A stretch of DNA of 64,000 bases, taken from the IMG/VR virus record IMGVR_UViG_3300034073_005389, positions 62,001 through 126,000 of that record. The stretch is one strand, 5' to 3'. The notes under the pieces were generated by a model. That model saw only the letters and a list, made by a program, of their open reading frames with translations, ran no database searches and was not told the origin of the DNA. The position numbers and the translations under genes are program-made. Below, piece by piece: positions 41,146 to 50,641 of the stretch. Position 1 is the first letter of the stretch. The number at the start of each line of letters is the position of its first letter.

Positions 41146-43349
41146 TCAGGCGCCGATTACTACTGACTTGCGACCAGCAGCAACACCACGAGGATTGACG
41201 ATACCGATACCGATGATTTCGCTAACTACCCATCCTAATTTAAGCTGTTTTGGTTCGTCAGCAGGAAGTACTTCGATGTCTTGGCGCACGGGCATGACAC
41301 CGACGAATTCAGGATCAGCACAACCATAGATAGTGCCTGGGGGAACGATCTTTGATACCATGATATCGGTGCCCCAGATATGAGCGTAGAGACCGGTTTG
41401 TAGTACTTCACGCATGGTGACGGGATCGAAATCACCGCCGCCTACGCCTTGACCACCACCTGAACCCCACTTGAGGATATCGGTAAATTCATTGATGTTC
41501 ATGAAGTATTTGGTGGTTACGAGGTCCCAGCGATCAATTTGTTGTTTGATTTCTACTAAGTCTCTCTTGAGTAGACCAGCGTCAGCAATATCTGTTACGG
41601 TGTTTTCTACTGAAGCGGCGGCATCGAGGGCGGCGAAGACGTTGGCATCTTCTTGAGCCATGATTTCTTGACGAGCCTTCTGGACTGCACGGTCGATGAC
41701 GTTGAAGCGGCGACGCTTAACTTCAGCGATACGTACTGTGGGGTTGGCGTAGATTTCGAATTCAGGAACTACAACGCGATCACCGAATACGCGGCTTTCA
41801 GGACCGGTACCGTTGCTGCTGATTACTACAGCGGCAACATCGATATCACGATCATAGGTGGGCATGGTGCCTTGGGGTACATAGGCAGTTGTTAAAATTA
41901 ACGTTAGTTAATTTGATAAGTCATTTCTGCTTATCTCTTCATATCTCTATGAAGGTCAGACTGTATCACCATCACTTTTTTGTGACGATTGGCATTCTAG
42001 TCGTTGAGGATTGTGGCATTAATTTATACTGCATACATTCTACGACATGGGGTCTAATGATGTCGCTGAGTTTTTGAGTATTTTCTTTATTTATATTTAT
42101 CTGAGAGTATTCTTTATTTTTATAAGTATATTTCATAACATTTGAATTAATGTCAAAACATCTTTTTAAATAATCTCTTAAAATATAATTTTCTTCTTCT
42201 GTAAAGCCCATTGTTGCTAACCTGGCATTAACACCAGATTTTAAATTTCCATCATCTTGAAACCAAACAGCTAAACAAAGCGGAGTCATATATATGTCTA
42301 AATTTTTTGGCACATGTTTAACTCTTGAAGAGTCATAAAACATATTTGCAAAATAATTTAAATCTTTATGACAAATTGTTGCGGTTTGTAGCATGGTAGA
42401 ATTACCTCTTTTATCTTCATACTCTCTATGAGTATTGATAAAAGGATCTAACATAGCTATTTTCCAAAAAAAATATGGAGATTGTGCTTTACAGTGGCTG
42501 AAAGATAATTTAAAATTTCCATTAGGACTATCTTTATGTAAACAACCATCTCCTAACAGTGTACCAACAATAATTTGTTTTTGTATACTATTAATAGGCG
42601 TTTCTCTTAAGATATCATATTTTCTGGAAGATGAGACTGGTTCTCTATTATTTGCTTTTAATATCCTAGATATTGCGGGAGCAGATATCTCATACCAATT
42701 AGCAATATTTTTAATAGTTTCGCCATTATCAAATTTATTAACTATATCTTTTATTTGATCTTGAGTAAAATCAGAAACATATTTTTTTCTAAATTTTACT
42801 TTTTGATTTTTTAAAATTTGCCTTGTTTTTTCATAAGAAATATGAAGCTTTTCGGCAATTTCTTTAATAGTTAATCCAGATTCATAGAAATTAGAAATCT
42901 CTTTTTCCATTATGCCACTCTTTCCTGCTGATTGTCTATATCATCTTAATTCTGTTACTATAACTATTTTGAAATTAACTTCTGTGTATAATTTATAGAG
43001 TGTTATAGTGATTAAGCTTTTAGAGTTTCCAGCATATAGCCAATTTTTAGATCCACTACCCTCAGTTTAATGGATCGACTACAAGGGCGCGACGTGCAAT
43101 TCCATGATAGTCTAAGTTTCTGCGGATAGGATTGGCCATTGCTTGAGCCAAAGCAATTTTGCCGTCTTGTGTCTGGATGGCGCGAGAAATTAATTCGTCG
43201 CGTTTTTCATCTGACAATGAGGGTTGACCAGCTAATCCCATGTTTGAGGGGGTGTTTTCTTCTAAAATACTAGCGTATTTTACTAATGTATGAAGCGCAT
43301 CCTTTAGCGATGATGCGTTCATTTCGCCTTTGCTATTGAACATATTCAT
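41146..43349 (-). CDS. Major capsid protein, spliced: exon 1 43349..43070, exon 2 41879..41146, 337 aa
   Basis: GGAG RBS at 43357-43360. The join restores ARRALVVDPL-PQGTMPTYDRD. PEFEIYANP...RRFNVIDRA..KA..EIMAQED is HK97-fold-like. Raised GC/codon bias and a strong terminator. Confidence 0.85.
41880..43069 (-). mobile_element. Group I intron (1190 nt) in the major capsid gene
   Basis: P1: exon GAUCCAU pairs with GUGGAUC, giving a U-G wobble at the splice site. P10: GGGUA/UACCC. Core elements P AUGCUGGAAA, Q AAUCAGCAGG, R CUCAACGACUA, S GAUACAGUC; P3 UUGGC/GCCAA; terminal G at 41880. Confidence 0.92.
41972..42910 (-). CDS. Intron-encoded LAGLIDADG homing endonuclease
   Basis: Two HTH segments, IVGTLLGDGC and LAVWFQDDG. 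Starts just after element Q; its 3' end overlaps R/P3. Confidence 0.9.
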   Translation of the reverse strand: MEKEISNFYESGLTIKEIAEKLHISYEKTRQILKNQKVKFRKKYVSDFTQDQIKDIVNKFDNGETIKNIANWYEISAPAISRILKANNREPVSSSRKYDILRETPINSIQKQIIVGTLLGDGCLHKDSPNGNFKLSFSHCKAQSPYFFWKIAMLDPFINTHREYEDKRGNSTMLQTATICHKDLNYFANMFYDSSRVKHVPKNLDIYMTPLCLAVWFQDDGNLKSGVNARLATMGFTEEENYILRDYLKRCFDINSNVMKYTYKNKEYSQININKENTQKLSDIIRPHVVECMQYKLMPQSSTTRMPIVTKK

Positions 43350-43508
43350 TCGAGATCTCCGAGTTGTAAAAGAATTGTTTGCCAGCATTCGCCAGCTGAC
43401 ATGCAAAAATGCATGTTCTTATATCTAATAATTTAATATTACTTATATTAATTTCTATTATAAAAATGCATATTACGATATATGCTTGACAGCATCTTTG
43501 AGGAAATA

Positions 43509-44678
43509 ATGAATAATAAAGATCTTATTGGGATAAAATTTAATAAATTAACAGTACAGTCTAAAGCAGAGAGTATACTTGGAGGAAAGAAAGTAAAAAG
43601 ATATTGGACAGCATATAATTGTAATTGTGAATGTGGGAATAAAATTATTGTAAAAACAGCTCATTTATTAAGAGGGCAAGTTAAATCATGTGGCTGTATA
43701 AATAAGAATGGTAGGTCTATTAAGCCTGGAGATAAATACAATAAATTAACTGCCTTAACATATAAAAAAGGAAGTAAATGGTTATGTCAATGTGATTGTG
43801 GAGAAATAGTAGAAATTAATACAGAAAGTATAATTAATGGCAATACAAAATCTTGTGGATGTTTAAAGTCTGAAATATCTTCTAAAAATTCTAATAAGTT
43901 AATAGAAGGTAGGAGAAAAAATGATCCTAGAATAGCTTCAGCTAGAAGAATTTGGCAAAGTTATTGTTACAATGACAAGATGTGCGAGATAGATTTTGAA
44001 AATTTTTATAAATTATCTCAACAAGATTGTTATTATTGTGGATTGAAGCCCAATAGAGAGTACAATTATTTTTTAACTAAATCATCTAATAGTTCTGAGA
44101 AGGCTAAAAAAGAAGGATTATTTATTTATAATGGGTTAGACAGAATAGATAGTAATAAATATCATACAATAGAAAATGTAGTATCATGTTGCAATGATTG
44201 TAATAGATGTAAGAATAATAGACCGGTTAATGATTTTTTAATTTGGATACAGAATATAAAAGAGAATAATAATAAAATAATAATTAGTAGTAGAGAAATA
44301 CCTAAAGGATCATTAGGAACATCGATTAAATGTATATTTTATAATTACAAGAAAGATACAGATTTAAAGATTGAGGAGTTTTATAATATTTCGCAGATGA
44401 ATTGTTATTATTGTGGATCATTACCGAACAATGTATTTAATAGGGCGAAGACAGATAAAAAAGCTTCTAAGAAAGCAAAGTTAGAAGGAGATTATATTTA
44501 TAATGGATTGGACAGGATTGATTCTAATTTAGGTCATGTTCGTGGGAATGTAGTACCATGTTGTAAGTATTGTAATTTTGGTAAGAGCAAATTAAGTATA
44601 GTTGAGTTTTATAATTGGGCTAATAGAGTTAAAAAGTATCAAAAAAAAGAGTCGGGAAAAAATCCCGACTCTTTATAG
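43509..44678 (+). CDS. Free-standing HNH endonuclease with duplicated domains
   Basis: Two CxCxCG...KSCGC modules and two CYYCG...YNGLDRIDS...NVV.CC..CN domains; GAGG RBS before 43509. Confidence 0.8.
   Translation: MNNKDLIGIKFNKLTVQSKAESILGGKKVKRYWTAYNCNCECGNKIIVKTAHLLRGQVKSCGCINKNGRSIKPGDKYNKLTALTYKKGSKWLCQCDCGEIVEINTESIINGNTKSCGCLKSEISSKNSNKLIEGRRKNDPRIASARRIWQSYCYNDKMCEIDFENFYKLSQQDCYYCGLKPNREYNYFLTKSSNSSEKAKKEGLFIYNGLDRIDSNKYHTIENVVSCCNDCNRCKNNRPVNDFLIWIQNIKENNNKIIISSREIPKGSLGTSIKCIFYNYKKDTDLKIEEFYNISQMNCYYCGSLPNNVFNRAKTDKKASKKAKLEGDYIYNGLDRIDSNLGHVRGNVVPCCKYCNFGKSKLSIVEFYNWANRVKKYQKKESGKNPDSL
44641..44674. terminator. Bidirectional terminator
   Basis: AAAGAGTCGGGA-aaaaa-TCCCGACTCTTT between convergent genes. 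Confidence 0.75.
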
Positions 44679-44699
44679 AGTACGTAATGCTAGATACTA

Positions 44700-45383
44700 T
44701 CAGGGTCCAACGGGTGGGTTGAAATAGAAGGTAACGAAGGTAAATTGACGTGGTGAAGCGCCTAAGCCTGAGGGGCTGTTTAGAGCGCTGACGAGGTAGC
44801 TAGGAGTATTGACTAATGAGCCATTGGTCTCGAAGTCAATTAAAGTAGCTACTACTGGAGCGCCACCTACTGCAGCAGGTGAGCCTACTGGAGTTAATTG
44901 TCCTGTTGAGGTATAGGTAAGGGGAGCGCCAGCTGATAGACCTACGTTGGTGGGTTGTAGACCGGTAGCAACAGCGGTATCAACTGCATCAAGTGATACA
45001 GCGTATACGCCGGGTTGGTGCCAGCAGGTTACTTTGCCTGAACCTGTAGCGGTGTTTGGTCCTAATACAACGCCTGAGGTAACTTTACCAACTGTACCAC
45101 CTACTACTGAACCGAAGAGGGTGCCGTAACCAGCAATACCTTCGTCAGCTAACATAAGAGGACGTGAAGTTGAAAGAAGATCAAAAGTTACAACTGTGCG
45201 CTTAGCAGTGCCTGATGGATTGACGTAACCGTCAAATACGTCAGCTGCAGCTAAATCAGGTGAGCTTAGGTTTAATGAAACAAAAGTTACTACTTCGCCA
45301 CCGAGGTAGCTGTTGATTTGTGTATCGTAACCGTCGAATTGACCGAGTGGGTTACCAGCTTGATTTACTAGTTTAAGAGCCAT
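44700..45383 (-). CDS. Putative capsid decoration/cement protein
   Basis: Upstream of the MCP gene with similar codon bias; TATGSGKVTCW motif; 2 DGY motifs. Confidence 0.55.
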   Translation of the reverse strand: MALKLVNQAGNPLGQFDGYDTQINSYLGGEVVTFVSLNLSSPDLAAADVFDGYVNPSGTAKRTVVTFDLLSTSRPLMLADEGIAGYGTLFGSVVGGTVGKVTSGVVLGPNTATGSGKVTCWHQPGVYAVSLDAVDTAVATGLQPTNVGLSAGAPLTYTSTGQLTPVGSPAAVGGAPVVATLIDFETNGSLVNTPSYLVSALNSPSGLGASPRQFTFVTFYFNPPVGP

Positions 45384-45489
45384 TGTGATTTCCTTTTTTT
45401 ATGCTACTATGAGCATGTCTTACATCTTAACTTACTTTTATACCTAATTAAGGTATAATCTTATAATTTATTATTAGTAGGTTAGTATA

Positions 45490-46716
45490 TTAAATTTCTG
45501 GAAGATCTGAAGATTGAGGGATTGTTGGTTTAACTTCTTGTTTAGGCTGTTCTTGTCTTCTTGACATACGTTCATTTACTTTATTTTTAACTTCTTGACC
45601 TTTTTCTAATAATTTAATAATTCTTTCTACTGAAGCTATATATGGATCCATTAATCTAATAATATTTTCTACTGCGGAATTAAATGGTGCCCAGCCACCT
45701 TCAATTGGCAATAGATCTGTAACTGAAGATCCAAGTCCTTTGTCTTCAAAACTTCTTTTTTCTGTATCAAATATTTCTATTCTTGTTTTGCCGCCAGCTG
45801 AAGTATATGTCTTTTCAAGAGATTTTTTAATATCTTTTATATCTAATAATTTTGCAAAAATTTCTTTTGCAGCTTCATCTCTGCCTCTAATATCTTCAAC
45901 ATTTTGATTTTTAGCAGCATCAACAGGATTTGTTTTTATTTGCGCTTGATCAATATTTTCTATTAATTTTTTAAATTTTAAATAAGATTCATCTAGCTCA
46001 ACAACCTTATCTGCTAAATAATTTAATTGTTCTTTAAATTGCAAACTTGGTTTTGCAGCAAAAAAAGATTGAAGCCAGCTTGGATTTGTCAATTTATTAA
46101 GCTCATCCATTAGTGCGCTATAATTTTTTTCATATCCTTCATCAGCAGCTGGTAATTTATTGGCTACATAAGCAGCACCCACTAAAGAAGCCAGTAATCC
46201 TGATATAACTTTTGTTCTTAATTTAAGAGCTTCTTTTTTAAGAGATTTTTTAGATTCTACTTCTTGTGCAACTGATTGTAAACAATTATCTGCTAATTTT
46301 CTTAATTTTTCTTTATTTCTATTATCTAAATCATTAGCTACTCTAACCAAAGATAATAAAAATTGTTTTTCAGCATATTTGCGTTGAGTTAGTAATCCAT
46401 CTGGATTTTTATTTACAATGCGTAAATTAATATTTTGTCTTTCAATGTTGTTTTCAACTAATCCATTTAATCTATCATAAGCAGGAGAAAGTACTACAGG
46501 CTCTTTATGAGCAATTTCCATAATATTATTTTTATATTTCATATCTGGAATTGTTTCTGGTTTTACTCCATACAATGCAGCTATAGCAGAAACATCTAAA
46601 GAATCTGCTCTAGGATTGTTTTCTAATGCTTTGAAACTTTTTTCAGAATCATTTGAAATAAGTTTTCTATCTTGAGCAATTTTAACAAATTCTTCAAAAA
46701 TGTCACTGCGTCTCAT
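45490..46716 (-). CDS. Putative internal head protein
   Basis: Helical; FVKIA and LKKEA motifs; one hydrophobic segment. Confidence 0.45.
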   Translation of the reverse strand: MRRSDIFEEFVKIAQDRKLISNDSEKSFKALENNPRADSLDVSAIAALYGVKPETIPDMKYKNNIMEIAHKEPVVLSPAYDRLNGLVENNIERQNINLRIVNKNPDGLLTQRKYAEKQFLLSLVRVANDLDNRNKEKLRKLADNCLQSVAQEVESKKSLKKEALKLRTKVISGLLASLVGAAYVANKLPAADEGYEKNYSALMDELNKLTNPSWLQSFFAAKPSLQFKEQLNYLADKVVELDESYLKFKKLIENIDQAQIKTNPVDAAKNQNVEDIRGRDEAAKEIFAKLLDIKDIKKSLEKTYTSAGGKTRIEIFDTEKRSFEDKGLGSSVTDLLPIEGGWAPFNSAVENIIRLMDPYIASVERIIKLLEKGQEVKNKVNERMSRRQEQPKQEVKPTIPQSSDLPEI

Positions 46717-46773
46717 AGGTTTTCCATTGTATAATTAAATTGTTACTATAAGTATAGCATAATATACTTATAT

Positions 46774-47862
46774 TCATGCTTCTTTAGCTACATCATCAAT
46801 AAATTGATCTACTATTTCTTTTTTAGAATGATACATGCTTGGTATTAGTAATACATTACTACCTAAATTTCCCTGATTATAATTTAATATATTTTCTGCA
46901 ATAATATTAAATTTAGGAGATCTTCTTATAATAAAGTCTAAATTCTCTAATCCATTATATGTTTCTTTTGCAAATTCTACTAACAAATCTTTTATAGTAG
47001 AATCTGTAACATATATTCCTTTTATAGTCCAACTACTAGTAGAAGTATTGTATATATCTTTATCATAGTTAGGATTTAAAGGAAACTTCTTTTGAGTAGA
47101 AGTACTTGTAGCAGGAGTAGTAGATATATGCCTTTTTAAACTTTTATCTAATTCGTTTGGTTTACCCACTAATTTGCTAACTACACTACCAGCCGTTAGT
47201 AAACCAGCAGTAGTTAAAATAGTTTTAATTAACCAAGTTATTATTTTAATAACAGATCCAATAAATTTTCCTTGTTTAGGAACTAAAGCAGCCGCAGCAG
47301 CTGCTGCTGCCCCTGCCGCCCCTGCCGCCCCTGCCGGACCTGCTACTTTAATTAAACTTGTTTCATTGCGATATTGTATAAAAGCAAGCTTCATCATTCT
47401 AGCATCAAGTAAGGTAAATGATTCTGTTGCTAAAGATGAGGGATCTGATCCTGTCATAGCTTGTGTACTATCTTTTACTGCAGATGTAACTCTACTTTCA
47501 ATAGAATCCATTGAAATTTCTTTATTATCTTTAATATCTCCTATAATAGAAGATGATACTTTGTCTAATGCATTTTTAATATCAACTTTAAATACAGCAG
47601 CCCCAATAGATAAAATCCATTTTAACCATTTAAACCCCATACCATCTAAAATTTTATAGAGTGCGGCAGGTGCTAGCATAGAAATTACGCTAGTAGTTTT
47701 ATTATTAGGATCTATGTTTTGATCTACAAAATCTTTTACATATCCAATTAAAGAAGATAATAAAGCTCCTTGAGCCGATTTTTTAATCGGCTTATCTGTG
47801 ATTAATGATTCTACAATTAATCCATCCATGTAATATTTAATTTGACTGTTTCTTTTTTTCAT
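46774..47862 (-). CDS. Putative internal/ejection protein with hydrophobic segments
   Basis: Start MKKRNSQ at 47862; IKKSA and LIKVA motifs; amphipathic/TM-like helices and an Ala/Gly linker. Confidence 0.45.
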   Translation of the reverse strand: MKKRNSQIKYYMDGLIVESLITDKPIKKSAQGALLSSLIGYVKDFVDQNIDPNNKTTSVISMLAPAALYKILDGMGFKWLKWILSIGAAVFKVDIKNALDKVSSSIIGDIKDNKEISMDSIESRVTSAVKDSTQAMTGSDPSSLATESFTLLDARMMKLAFIQYRNETSLIKVAGPAGAAGAAGAAAAAAAALVPKQGKFIGSVIKIITWLIKTILTTAGLLTAGSVVSKLVGKPNELDKSLKRHISTTPATSTSTQKKFPLNPNYDKDIYNTSTSSWTIKGIYVTDSTIKDLLVEFAKETYNGLENLDFIIRRSPKFNIIAENILNYNQGNLGSNVLLIPSMYHSKKEIVDQFIDDVAKEA

Positions 47863-47863
47863 A

Positions 47864-49606
47864 TTACCTTGCTGGAGGTTTAGATTCTGCTTTCCAATTG
47901 CTAATTGCATTGGTTAATAAACTGTCGTTTGTTCTAGCAAAACTAATTTGACCCTTCATAGCATTATCTGAATCCCTATTAACAGGATCTTCAAAATATG
48001 AATTATATACTTCCATAATTCTATAAATTAAATCAGATAAATGTTTATTTAGTTTTTTCAAGGCGTAAAAGTAATTAAATAAGTTAGATTGAACATTCTT
48101 AATATCTGTCTTAAAATTATCCAAATCCACTCTTAAATTAAAGTTTTTCTTTGCAGGATCTAATAATAGTTTTTCTAAATTATTTATCGATTCTTCAATC
48201 TTAGGATTAGAATAAGCATACTCGTTTGGTAGTAATTTTTCTACTACGTCTAAAAAGTTTGCTATAGCAATTAAATCAATGGTCCCAGGTCTTAATGGTC
48301 TAGCACGAATTAATTCTGTTATACCAGCACCACCAACTCCCATAGCGCCACCAGCACCTCTACCGCCCCTTCCTCCTGCTCCTCCTGCACCACCGGGACC
48401 ACCACCGGCACCACCGGCACCACCACCGGCACCACCGGCACCACCACCGGCACCACCGGCTCCTGCTCCAGCACCACCACCACCGCCAGCACCTACTCCA
48501 ACACCAGTTTGCCCAACTGCACCTGTAGTAGTGCCTGGACCTGTAACAGAACAAGGCTTGTCATCAGCTCCCATAATCTGAGAGCCATATTGTTGAATAG
48601 ATTTTAAATATAAATCTACAATTTTATCATAATCTGGAGCTATTCTCTTATCATACATCGCTGCTTTGTTTTTTAAATAAGAAGCCCTTTTGTACAAAAT
48701 ATGTACTGCTAAGCAAGGATCCGATTTAGGAGCTAACACTGGAGAAGTTACAATCATTTTATCAGGAGTCTTATATTTAATCATCATATCCTTTAACCAA
48801 TTGAAAAAGGCTGATTGATCTGCTAAATCTTTAACAGTTAATTGTACAGGTAAACCAGTAAAAGTAGGCGCTCTCTCTAATCCATTTTCCCAAGTCTCTA
48901 TAGATAATTCTTTAGATGGGAAAGCATCTACCAATGCATCTTGATTTAAAGTAGATTTAGCCGCTTCAGGACCTGCTTTAGATGCAATTGGCTCTCCAGT
49001 TAATTTGCTGTTAATTTCTTCAATAATTGCTTTTAACATGACCTCTAGTACTTTATTACTACGAGCATCATTGTCTCTTAAATATGATAAATATCCTTTT
49101 AATGGATCTTTTAAAGCATATACATCTATTTTATTAATATCCCTACTAACAGGATCTCTGTCTTTTCTATCTCTAGGAAAACTATTAAACTCTAAAGCAC
49201 CAGCATCAATAGCCGCTTGTTTTTCATCGGCTTTCCAAGCAAAACGATTTCCTTGCCAAGTTAATTTGTTCTCTGCTGCCCATTGAATAAAATCACCTAA
49301 TGTTCTAAAATCTTGCACATTGGCAACTGGAGCAGGCTTAGTAGGATCTGTTCCTAATGGAATTCCTTTGAACTCTGGAGGTGCGTTTTTAGGATCAATT
49401 ATTCTTTGTAAATTAACTAATAATGGCTTAGCTGCACGATAAGCATTTAAATCTACAGCCGGTCCTGTAGTAGTGGTTTGAGTAAAAGATGTTACTGCAG
49501 GGGCTGCCGCAGGAGGTTGTGCTAGAGCTGATTTTTTTAATTGATCACCACCAGCTATATTGAATAATTGTTCTAATAAATTTCGATCTCTATATAAAAA
49601 AGACAT
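47864..49606 (-). CDS. Putative internal head protein with poly-Gly/Ala linker
   Basis: LKKSA motif followed by a Pro/Ala stretch; long GGAGG tract. Confidence 0.5.
   Translation of the reverse strand: MSFLYRDRNLLEQLFNIAGGDQLKKSALAQPPAAAPAVTSFTQTTTTGPAVDLNAYRAAKPLLVNLQRIIDPKNAPPEFKGIPLGTDPTKPAPVANVQDFRTLGDFIQWAAENKLTWQGNRFAWKADEKQAAIDAGALEFNSFPRDRKDRDPVSRDINKIDVYALKDPLKGYLSYLRDNDARSNKVLEVMLKAIIEEINSKLTGEPIASKAGPEAAKSTLNQDALVDAFPSKELSIETWENGLERAPTFTGLPVQLTVKDLADQSAFFNWLKDMMIKYKTPDKMIVTSPVLAPKSDPCLAVHILYKRASYLKNKAAMYDKRIAPDYDKIVDLYLKSIQQYGSQIMGADDKPCSVTGPGTTTGAVGQTGVGVGAGGGGGAGAGAGGAGGGAGGAGGGAGGAGGGPGGAGGAGGRGGRGAGGAMGVGGAGITELIRARPLRPGTIDLIAIANFLDVVEKLLPNEYAYSNPKIEESINNLEKLLLDPAKKNFNLRVDLDNFKTDIKNVQSNLFNYFYALKKLNKHLSDLIYRIMEVYNSYFEDPVNRDSDNAMKGQISFARTNDSLLTNAISNWKAESKPPAR
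48330..48510 (-). repeat. GC-rich tandem repeat encoding (G/A)n
   Basis: Alternating ccaccggca / ccaccaccggca units. Confidence 0.85.
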
Positions 49607-49614
49607 ATAAATCC

Positions 49615-50619
49615 TTAAGCATTAGGAGATACTGCATTAACGTGAGCTAAAAAGGCTTGCAATACTACATTTTGTTTTTCTTTGTTTTGAGCATCTTGTA
49701 TTGGATAGCCTAAAAATAACATTAGCTTTTCTAATTCTCCCACACTCTTTAATGCATCAATAGATACTGGAGAAAATAATTTTGGACCAGTAGGAGTGGG
49801 TAATGTTACATTTATGAGAGCTAACGCATGAGGCTTCTTTAATATATCTACTAAATCATCAGGTACTTTTCCTGGATCTACTCCGCCTGGTTTAGCAGTT
49901 AATAAAGGCTTGTCTTGCTTAATATAAGAAGCATATTCAGGAGATTGAATAATTGAATTATAGTAAGCTGAATAAAAACGATCTAATTTTTCTACCAATG
50001 GAGCAATTTTCTTAGCATGCTCAATTTTCTTTTTTTGATCATATTTAGCTATGTCATTAGTCTTAGGAATTTCATTGGCTAATTCTTGTAAATCAGATCT
50101 AGTAAAATTGTCTCTTAATTTAGAACCAAAGTCTTCAGTTACTCTTACTAATGCATCGGCTACTGCCCATACGTTTTTAACTGCATTTTGAGTGCGCCAA
50201 TCCCACATACCATCTTGCATGGCTTCTGAACTGCCTGGTCCAATTCTGCGTAATCCATCAATTACGTTGTCTAACTCAATAATGCCAGTTGGTAACTTTT
50301 GTTCTTTTTTAGTGGCTTTTACGTCAGTGGTCCATTCTTCTCCACGAATAGATGAACCAGCAGAATATTGCTCCGCTAAGAAATCATTAAAGTCTTTTCT
50401 TTTATCAGTTACATCTACGACTTCTTTAAATTTACCAGGAGCTGATGGATCTGGAACTCTTTTGGTATTGTACTTAGCCATGTTGCTAGCAAAATTCTTA
50501 ATGGCTCGCTGCATGTTGACAATATCAGGCTGTGGTGGAGCTACTGGATCTTTATCAGACAAAACATCAGCATATTTTTTAATATAGTCAACTAAATATT
50601 TATTACGATAGTTTATCAT
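49615..50619 (-). CDS. Putative internal head protein
   Basis: IKKYA motif near the N-terminus; DGMWDWRTQNAV resembles a peptidoglycan-binding-domain remnant. Confidence 0.45.
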   Translation of the reverse strand: MINYRNKYLVDYIKKYADVLSDKDPVAPPQPDIVNMQRAIKNFASNMAKYNTKRVPDPSAPGKFKEVVDVTDKRKDFNDFLAEQYSAGSSIRGEEWTTDVKATKKEQKLPTGIIELDNVIDGLRRIGPGSSEAMQDGMWDWRTQNAVKNVWAVADALVRVTEDFGSKLRDNFTRSDLQELANEIPKTNDIAKYDQKKKIEHAKKIAPLVEKLDRFYSAYYNSIIQSPEYASYIKQDKPLLTAKPGGVDPGKVPDDLVDILKKPHALALINVTLPTPTGPKLFSPVSIDALKSVGELEKLMLFLGYPIQDAQNKEKQNVVLQAFLAHVNAVSPNA

Positions 50620-50641
50620 TTTATTTCCTATATTCTATGCC

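Noticed and set aside
43062-43406. 114-aa ORF as an independent gene
   Set aside because: It is exon 1 of the capsid gene; the true start is 43349 and the stop lies inside the intron's P1 loop.
12680-46774. Possible late-promoter consensus (e.g. CTAATAA/GTAATAT/GCAATAT upstream of several genes)
   Set aside because: Cannot be distinguished from AT-rich background by eye; needs motif discovery and transcription-start data.
48279-48581. Poly-Pro ORF (+) and WCR-repeat ORF (-)
   Set aside because: Alternative-frame readings of the Gly/Ala repeat in the 580-aa gene.
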